A stretch of DNA of 14,822 nt from NCBI GenBank assembly GCA_963845185.1, contig CAWJRG010000002.1:1-14822 (forward strand), read 5' to 3'. Numbering within the stretch: the first letter of the stretch is position 1; each line of letters begins with the position of its first letter. The position numbers and the translations under genes are program-made. Positions 8,659 through 14,822 of this stretch are shown piece after piece. Origin of the DNA: an uncultured bacterium. GTDB taxonomy: Bacteria > Oederibacteriota > PGYV01 > CAWJRG01. The notes under the pieces were generated by a model that ran no database searches, was not told the DNA's origin, and worked only from the letters and a program-made list of their open reading frames with translations.

Positions 8659-8934
8659 TCATTGCTTTTTAGCGGTTAATAAAACCAGTTTTACCGCGCT
8701 TTTCTCCTCGCCGTCAATGGTTAAGTGGGTAAATTCGGGCCTGCATGTGATTTCAACGCCTTCGTTCCCTATATATTCCCTGCTTATAGCCACTGCTTTT
8801 ATCGCGTTGTTTACCGATTTTGGCCCCATAACTATTATTTCTATTTCTTTTCCTTCCCTGATATTGTGCACTATTGCGCCTGCTACTACTTTGGGGTCGC
8901 TTGAACCCGCCACTTTAAGTGTCATTGTCTCCAT
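8659..8934 (-). CDS. spoVS: stage V sporulation protein S family protein
   Basis: 91 aa with LKVAGSSDPKVVAGAI, VNNAIKAVAISR and PEFTHLTIDGEEKSAVKL, matching the SpoVS pattern (LKVS..S.P..VAGA, NQAVKAVAIAR, IDGEERTAIK). SD GAGGT upstream. Confidence 0.9.
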   Translation of the reverse strand: METMTLKVAGSSDPKVVAGAIVHNIREGKEIEIIVMGPKSVNNAIKAVAISREYIGNEGVEITCRPEFTHLTIDGEEKSAVKLVLLTAKKQ

Positions 8935-8968
8935 TTGTTTTACCTCGGTATTTAATCATTGGGCAATA

Positions 8969-9823
8969 TTAGTGTTCCATCTTTAAATTGTGGGCTATTT
9001 TATAAACATCGCTTTTTTTCATGCTTGTTTCTTCGGCGGTTGATTTAATGGCTTCCTTCATTGTCATGCCCTGCTGGAGATAAAAATCAACCCTTTCTTT
9101 CACATCAAAAATATCAAGCTGTATTTTTTCAGCCTTTCTTTCCCCGCCTTGTCCCGGCAGTATTACTATCGTAAACTCGCCCATTAATACCGGGGCGTCA
9201 ATAGTTGCCAAAAGTTCGCTTATCTTGCCGCGAAAAACTTTTTCGTGTATCTTTGTAAGCTCCTTGGCAACGGCGGCGTCAATATCGCCAAGTGTATCGA
9301 TTATGTCTTTTAAAGTGGCCTTTACCCTGTTTGGCGATTCAAATATTATGACCGGGCATTGAATGCTTTTAAAACTTTCAAGTTTTTCTTTTCTTTTGCC
9401 CAGTTTTTTCGGCAGGAACCCATAAAAAAAGAACTTGCCCGGGTCAAACCCGGACAACAATAAAGCGGGAAGTACCGATGACGGCCCCGGTATTGCTTCA
9501 ATATCTATTGATTCCTGTATGCACGCTTTTGTAATTATATACCCCGGGTCGGAAAGCATCGGCGTGCCCGCGTCTGAAACAAGGGCTATTGTCTTGCCGT
9601 CCTTAAGCATGGCAATGATATCGTGCGAACGGGATTTCTCGTTGAATTTGTGGTAAGAAATAAGTTTTGTGCGGATATTGAAATTATTCAGTAATTTTAA
9701 GGTTTGCCTGGTGTCTTCGGCCATGATTAAATCGCATTTTTTCAGCGTTTCTATTGCCCTGAAAGTAATGTCGCCAAGATTGCCTACTGGCGTTGACACT
9801 ATGTATAATTTACCGTTTTTCAT
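8969..9823 (-). CDS. rsmI: 16S rRNA (cytidine1402-2'-O)-methyltransferase
   Basis: GKLYIVSTPVGNLGDITFRA, AEDTR, LVSDAGTPMLSDPG, IPGPS, FESPNR and KELTKIHE. ATG 9823 has better spacing to GAGGGGG than ATG 9829, which is the alternative start. Confidence 0.97.
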   Translation of the reverse strand: MKNGKLYIVSTPVGNLGDITFRAIETLKKCDLIMAEDTRQTLKLLNNFNIRTKLISYHKFNEKSRSHDIIAMLKDGKTIALVSDAGTPMLSDPGYIITKACIQESIDIEAIPGPSSVLPALLLSGFDPGKFFFYGFLPKKLGKRKEKLESFKSIQCPVIIFESPNRVKATLKDIIDTLGDIDAAVAKELTKIHEKVFRGKISELLATIDAPVLMGEFTIVILPGQGGERKAEKIQLDIFDVKERVDFYLQQGMTMKEAIKSTAEETSMKKSDVYKIAHNLKMEH

Positions 9824-9864
9824 CAGCATTTCCCCCTCGATTAAAACCCGGAAATTTCAACAAA

Positions 9865-10317
9865 TCAGAAATTTAAAATATGCCTTATCTTTCTTGTTTC
9901 ATCCGCCACTTGGTCGGATTCTTTTCTCGCGAGCCGTATTTTATCCTTCATTTCATTGATTTCCTTTTCCTTGTAGGTCATGATATAGGCAAACTTGTTT
10001 TTCTCGGATTTAAAAGTCATTTCATACCATCCCAATATTCCAGCGATCAGGAAAATGGTTACAGTCTCAAAAAGCAGCAGGTTGACTTCTTTCACAATAT
10101 CAAATATGCCCAGAACCCATATGACGGAAGAAAAAACCATTATCATGATAAAAATATCCCTCATGCTCATATGCAGGAAATACATGAGTATTGCTATCAG
10201 GCAGAGATGGTACGCAAGATGGAAAAATTTCGTTTCCGGCAAACGTATCGAAAGTATTACGGCAATTATCATGATAATGATCGCCGCAAAAAAAATCAGG
10301 TTCTTGTTATTCTGCAT
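9865..10317 (-). CDS. hypothetical membrane protein (about 4 TM helices plus C-terminal coiled coil)
   Basis: Start placed at ATG 10317 (SD GGAGG), giving 150 aa. Four hydrophobic segments, then a charged helical tail (KEKEINEMKDKIRLARKESDQVADETRKIR). Overlaps the upstream gene by 11 nt. Confidence 0.75.
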   Translation of the reverse strand: MQNNKNLIFFAAIIIMIIAVILSIRLPETKFFHLAYHLCLIAILMYFLHMSMRDIFIMIMVFSSVIWVLGIFDIVKEVNLLLFETVTIFLIAGILGWYEMTFKSEKNKFAYIMTYKEKEINEMKDKIRLARKESDQVADETRKIRHILNF

Positions 10318-11218
10318 ATTTTTCCTCCGCAAGTATCCTGCCTATCATTGCTGCTATTATATCCAGGAATCTCACATCTTCGTGTGAAAATCCGTTTAAA
10401 TTCTCCGATGTTACCCTCAAAATCCCTATAAGCTTTTCGCTCAGCGATAGCGGAACGCTGATTAATGATTTTATATTTTCGCTTTCTTCCGACGTGAACC
10501 TGACATCTTTGTATATGTCGGAAATAATCAGGCTCTTTTTATTGTTAATCACCCATTCGTCAAAATTCTTAAGGTACAGGCTTTCCTTGTCCTTTTCCCC
10601 CACAAACATGTCTTCCTTGCCGTCAGACACGACTTTCATGAACCTGTTCTCCTTTATTAAAAACAGGGATACTGATTTTTCCTTATGGAAGATATGCACG
10701 GTGCTGGCGAGTATTTTTCTTATTTTATCGCTGAACACTTTTACGTCCTTTGTTGTTTCGTAAATTTCTTTCAGCTTTTTATACTTGTTAAGCTTTTCGA
10801 TATTGGCTTCGTGCCCTATTCTTAAATTTTTTTCCTCAACTATAAGCGAGTTGAACTCGCCTTCCAGGATTTTGAGCTTGTCTTCCATTGTAAAAATATA
10901 ATATTTGTTTATGTCGCTGGATTTTTTAATAAGGTAATAGACGGTGATCGAGATTAGGAGTTCGACAAAAAATGGCGCTACGGACATTTTCGCCGCAAGC
11001 ACCCTCATAAAAGTGATAATGTAAATAATTATAATAAAAACCAAAAAACCTATGCTTGCGATGCCGCCCATAAGTATGTAGCCGCCTATCAAAATGAAAT
11101 TATACGAGAATAAAAATGCAAGCCACCAGCTGGGTTCCAGCTTAAAAAGAAAAAAAGTAATAAGGATTCCAACCGCAAAAACTATCAGCTTCAGCGTGTT
11201 CTCAAAGTAATTCCGCAT
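10307..11218 (-). CDS. membrane protein with coiled coil and C-terminal GAF domain, no output domain
   Basis: Start placed at ATG 11218 (AAGGAG upstream), giving 303 aa. About 4 N-terminal TM helices, a coiled coil, then a GAF signature (WVINNKKSLIISDIYKDVRF, SLISVPL, LIGILRV, FSHEDVRFLDIIAAMIG) ending at the stop codon. Confidence 0.85.
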   Translation of the reverse strand: MRNYFENTLKLIVFAVGILITFFLFKLEPSWWLAFLFSYNFILIGGYILMGGIASIGFLVFIIIIYIITFMRVLAAKMSVAPFFVELLISITVYYLIKKSSDINKYYIFTMEDKLKILEGEFNSLIVEEKNLRIGHEANIEKLNKYKKLKEIYETTKDVKVFSDKIRKILASTVHIFHKEKSVSLFLIKENRFMKVVSDGKEDMFVGEKDKESLYLKNFDEWVINNKKSLIISDIYKDVRFTSEESENIKSLISVPLSLSEKLIGILRVTSENLNGFSHEDVRFLDIIAAMIGRILAEEKYAE

Positions 11219-12380
11219 TTTTCTCAATCTCCTTGGTCGCGTCGTTTACTGCCTTGGTCAATGGCATATTCATTTTGCGTGCTATTTTAGCACAATTTTC
11301 ATATTCAAGGGTATAGAAATCTTTGTTTCCGTCGAAGATTTTTACGTCTATAAGGCCAAGCCTGGTTTTAACTTTTCTGATTTCGCGGCTTCTTTTAATC
11401 CTCGGCGTCAGGCTCACGCGCGCGCCGCCGGTTTTCAGCTCCCTGAATATTATGTTTACTATGTTTTCCGCCTTCTCAACTTCGCAAATGGCCGTAATTT
11501 TATAAGCAGGCCTGTTTTTTTTCATGAATACCGGCGTAAAAAACACATCAAGCGCCCCGGCTTTAAAAAGTTTATCCATAACGTATCCGAGCGTCTCTCC
11601 GGTCTCGTTGTCTATGTTTGTTTCTACAACCGCGACAATCTCCCTGTTTTCAGCGCTCTTCTCTCCGCTTATAAAGACCCTTAATACGTTTGGTATCTTT
11701 TTAAAATTATTTTTGCCGGCTCCAAGCCCGATTTTTTCGACAACCATGCCCGGGAAGCTGCCGAAAAAGGCGCTAAAGCCTTTTAATATGGCAATTCCTG
11801 TAGGTGTCATCATCTCGCCTTTTATTCCTGAATTAAATAACGTTACGTTTTTCATCAAATACGCCGCAGCAGGCGCAGGCATGGGTAAAATGCCGTGTTC
11901 TGCCTTAACATAGCCGGAAGACAGGGGCAAGGCAGACGAATATACTTTATCAACCCCGAGTAAAGACAGGCCGATAACAGCGCCGGCTATATCGATTATG
12001 GAATCAATCGCCCCTATTTCATGAAAATGTATTTCTTCCTTTTTAACGCCGTGTACTTTCGCCTCAGCCGAGGCAAGCAAATCAAAAATTTTAATTATTC
12101 TTGCTTTTATTTTCTTGTCCAGCTTGCTTTTGTTTATTATATCCTTTATGGTTTTGATATTCCTGTGTATGTGCTGCTTTTGCTTGATTTTTACCGTAAA
12201 CGTGGTTGCTTTGATGTGGTTTTTAATAGCGCTTCCTTTTATTATTTCATAACCGGAAAGCCTGATTTTTTTCAAATGCTTTTTTAGCTGGCTAAAATCA
12301 AGGCCCGCGTCAAGCAAAGCTGCCAATATCATATCGCCTGATATACCGGAAAAACAGTCAAAATAAGCGGTTTTTGCCAT
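11202..12380 (-). CDS. larC: nickel pincer cofactor biosynthesis protein LarC (nickel insertase)
   Basis: 392 aa with YFDCFSGISGDMILAAL, AEAKVHG, HFHEIGAIDSIIDI, HGILPMPAPA, TPTG, NVLR, ETNID, GALDV and MKKNRPA. Single ORF covering both the LarC1 and LarC2 regions. Confidence 0.95.
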   Translation of the reverse strand: MAKTAYFDCFSGISGDMILAALLDAGLDFSQLKKHLKKIRLSGYEIIKGSAIKNHIKATTFTVKIKQKQHIHRNIKTIKDIINKSKLDKKIKARIIKIFDLLASAEAKVHGVKKEEIHFHEIGAIDSIIDIAGAVIGLSLLGVDKVYSSALPLSSGYVKAEHGILPMPAPAAAYLMKNVTLFNSGIKGEMMTPTGIAILKGFSAFFGSFPGMVVEKIGLGAGKNNFKKIPNVLRVFISGEKSAENREIVAVVETNIDNETGETLGYVMDKLFKAGALDVFFTPVFMKKNRPAYKITAICEVEKAENIVNIIFRELKTGGARVSLTPRIKRSREIRKVKTRLGLIDVKIFDGNKDFYTLEYENCAKIARKMNMPLTKAVNDATKEIEKNAELL

Positions 12381-12382
12381 TT

Positions 12383-13138
12383 TTATTCGATATTGGTGTG
12401 GTTTATCAGCGAAGCAACACAGCCGGCACCGAAGCCATTGTCTATGTTTACAACCGTCACATTGGACGTGCAGCTTGTGAGCATGGAAAGCAGGGGTGTT
12501 ACGCCTGAAAAAGATGCGCCGTATCCCACGCTTGTCGGCACGCCAATAACCACTTTGTCCACAAGCCCTCCCACCACGCTGGGCAGCGCGCCTTCCATGC
12601 CTGCGGCTACTATAAATACGTTTGCCTTTATAAAAACTTCCTTATATGCAAAAAGGCGGTGTATCCCTGCCACGCCTACGTCGTAAATCCTTTCCACCTT
12701 ATTGCCGAAAGCTTCGGCTGTAAAGGCAGCTTCCTCGGCGACCGGGATATTGGACGTACCGGCTGTTATCACGGCTATTATTTTATTTATTTTTTTTATT
12801 GGTTTTGATTCTATAAAAAGGATTTTTGCGGTTTTATTGTAGGATGCGGCCTTGAATTGCTTTTTAATTTTTTTGAATTTTTCTTCGGGTATCCTGGTTG
12901 CCATCACATTGACATGGTTTTTTTTCATTTCAGCGGCTATCGCGGCAATCTGCCCGGCAGTCTTGTTCTCGCCGAAAATCACTTCAGGAAAACCCTTGCG
13001 CAGCTCCCTGTGCAAATCGATTTTCGCGTCCTTAATCTCGCTGAAAGTAAAGTGCTGGAATTCTTTTGTTATTGAGTTTAAGGATAATTTTCCTGCTTTA
13101 AATTTTTGTAGAAGTTGCTCGAGGCGTCGTTTTTGCAT
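12383..13138 (-). CDS. larB: nickel pincer cofactor biosynthesis protein LarB (PurE-like carboxylase/hydrolase)
   Basis: 251 aa with DLHRELRKGFPEVIFGENKT, DVGVAGIHRL, AGMEGALPSVVGGL, VPTSVGYG, MLTSC and VVNIDNGFGAG. Confidence 0.96.
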   Translation of the reverse strand: MQKRRLEQLLQKFKAGKLSLNSITKEFQHFTFSEIKDAKIDLHRELRKGFPEVIFGENKTAGQIAAIAAEMKKNHVNVMATRIPEEKFKKIKKQFKAASYNKTAKILFIESKPIKKINKIIAVITAGTSNIPVAEEAAFTAEAFGNKVERIYDVGVAGIHRLFAYKEVFIKANVFIVAAGMEGALPSVVGGLVDKVVIGVPTSVGYGASFSGVTPLLSMLTSCTSNVTVVNIDNGFGAGCVASLINHTNIE

Positions 13139-13158
13139 TTATAGTATATTGTAGGTTT

Positions 13159-14004
13159 TTATTCACCCATCTGTTCCAGTATTCTCAGGTTATCCCTCGC
13201 GGTTTTGTTAAGCGGCTCAATGGCAAGCGCCTGCGCCCACTGCTTTCCTCGCGTCTTTATAAAGCCCCTTGTTGTAATAAGCGTTGCCGAAATTGTTGTA
13301 AATAGCCGCTTTATCCGGCGCAAGTTTTACCGCCTGCGTGAGCACATGTATCGCGTCGTCGTATTTTTTCATTTTAATATATATGCTTCCAAGGTTATTG
13401 TATGCCATGCCGTCCGTGGGCTTTATCCTGATTAAATCCTCAAAAGTTTTTACAGCGTCGTCATACCTTCCTTTTTTGAAATATGCCATGCCAAGCTTTG
13501 TGTATACGACGTCGTCGTTCGTGTTTTTGCCGATTACATACTCAAGCTCGGGTATTGCCGAATCATTGTCGTCCGCAGAGGCGTAAAAAAGCCCAAGCCT
13601 TTTGTGCGCCTCGACATTATCCGCATTTAATTCTATGACTCTTTTCCACATAAGCACGGCGTCGTCGGTTTTCCCTTTGTCGTATGATTCTTTTCCCAGT
13701 GTCAAATAAGCCGCTTCAAGCTTATTGCTGACGTCGGACAGGGAAGGCTGCAGCTTTATCGCTGTTTCCCACTCTGAAATTGCCTCTAAAAGCATGCCCT
13801 TGTCTGCAAAAACGTCGCCAAGAGATTTGTGTACCTGGGGGTCTTGCGGATTTGCCGAAATTGAAAGCTGGAACTCCTCTATTGCCTCGTCAAGTTTGCC
13901 TGCTGATAATAGTCCATGCCGAGCTCATAATGCGAAGTAGTTGTCGCGCAGTTCATGCACATCGCCATCAAAACCGCCATAAAAGGTATCATAAGTTTCT
14001 TCAT
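13159..14004 (-). pseudogene. TPR-repeat putative lipoprotein with two 1-nt indels (pseudogene or sequencing errors)
   Basis: SD AGGAGG (14018-14013) and ATG 14004 start MKKLMIPFMAVLMAMCMNCATTTSHYELGMDYYQQ. Adding one G at 13899-13900 continues GKLDEAIEEFQLSISANPQDPQVHKSLGDVFADKG into ORF 13217-13795. Removing one A at 13244-13246 gives the ending KQWAQALAIEPLNKTARDNLRILEQMGE-stop at 13159. Rebuilt length is 281 aa. Confidence 0.85.
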
Positions 14005-14050
14005 CTTAATAACCTCCTGATAATGTTAATAAAATATTGTTGTTGTTTAA

Positions 14051-14081
14051 ATTATATTAACATATTAATCAATTTTGTCAA
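14051..14081 (-). promoter_or_regulatory. sigma70-type promoter for the TPR-larB-larC unit
   Basis: Perfect TTGACA (14081-14076), then TG-n-TAATAT at a 16-nt spacer (14059-14054) or TATAAT at a 19-nt spacer (14056-14051), about 50 nt upstream of ATG 14004. Confidence 0.6.
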
Positions 14082-14186
14082 GTTTGGGTTTTTAACGAAA
14101 GCAAGGTTAAAATTTATGCAAAATGAGTGATGAAGTCAGCAGCGTTTCTGATACGATTCCCGCAAAAATAACTGTTTTTCTTATTT

Positions 14187-14822
14187 TTATTTTGTTTTAT
14201 TTTCCGCCTGCTGAATCTGATTGTATAAATTAACAAGTTGCGGGTCGTTGCCAACGGTTTGCATTGCTTCTTTTAGGGTATTTAAAGCTTTGTCTGGTTG
14301 TTCTAATTTATTATATGTTAGGGTGATATTTATGTAATTTCCTACACTTTTATCCAATTCTAATGTTTTCTGAAAATATTTTAATGCTTTTTCAAAATTA
14401 TTGATTTTAAAATTACATATTCCCATATTTTTATATACTTCAACCGTGACGTAATTTTGTTCAAGTAAAAATTCAAATAAATCAAGTGCTTTTAAATACC
14501 TGCCCAAAGCTGCAAATGCAGCAGCCTGGTCGGATAGTGCTTTATACTGTGAATATGAATCCGCATCACCAATTTGATTTAAATATTGCTGAAGCGCGCC
14601 GGTATTTTCGTTGTCATATTGCATTGCTTTTACAAACATTGCTTTTGCAGGAATCCATAGCTTTTCATTAAAATAAATTTTTCCTAATATTTCATATGAC
14701 TTATAATAATCTTCCTTAATTTTGAAGGATTTCCTTAAATATATTATTTGGTTATCTTCATCGTTAAGTAATTTATAAATCATGGATAAATAATAGCAAA
14801 TGTCAGCTGCTGTTAAATTATC
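14187..14822 (-). CDS. TPR-repeat protein, C-terminal part (5' end outside the window)
   Basis: The frame stays open from the window edge (DNLTAADICYYLS precedes M at 14783). TPR units include VYKNMGICNFKINNFEKALKYFQKTLELD and SYEILGKIYF. Noticeably AT-rich. Confidence 0.8.
   Translation of the reverse strand, partial: DNLTAADICYYLSMIYKLLNDEDNQIIYLRKSFKIKEDYYKSYEILGKIYFNEKLWIPAKAMFVKAMQYDNENTGALQQYLNQIGDADSYSQYKALSDQAAAFAALGRYLKALDLFEFLLEQNYVTVEVYKNMGICNFKINNFEKALKYFQKTLELDKSVGNYINITLTYNKLEQPDKALNTLKEAMQTVGNDPQLVNLYNQIQQAENKTK

Noticed and set aside
11202..12380. Programmed larC1/larC2 frameshift as in Lactobacillus plantarum
   Set aside because: LarC here is one uninterrupted ORF.
13139..13158. 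Possible NrdR box between the TPR gene and larB
   Set aside because: AT-rich but a poor match to the palindromic acaCwAtATaTwGtg consensus, single copy, and not upstream of a reductase gene.
719..14671. Many plus-strand ORFs of 60-183 aa
   Set aside because: They lie antisense to well-supported minus-strand genes and show no recognisable motifs. They are shadow ORFs.

Overview
Bacterial chromosomal segment of mostly housekeeping and cell-envelope genes, all 18 on the minus strand and tightly packed. Order of transcription (right to left): a 5'-truncated low-GC TPR gene, a TPR lipoprotein gene, larB, larC, a membrane GAF protein, a small membrane protein, rsmI, spoVS, then an AT-rich promoter region, an exported hypothetical protein, rpiB, glyA, an O-antigen-ligase-family/TPR fusion, nrdR, a YjbH-like putative outer-membrane protein, a 90-bp palindromic repeat, accA, an Amidase_3 amidase and a GerMN protein. 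No rRNA, tRNA, CRISPR array or transposase was seen. Two genes that the ORF track splits can be rebuilt by hand: nrdR (one extra base) and the TPR lipoprotein (one missing and one extra base). All three indels lie in short homopolymers, so assembly error is the leading explanation. The best candidate for an undescribed system is larB-larC, with no larA/larE in the window and Asp-to-Asn changes at motifs I recall as conserved, coupled by gene overlap to two membrane sensor-like proteins that lack any output domain. Family assignments come from recalled motifs, not database searches.
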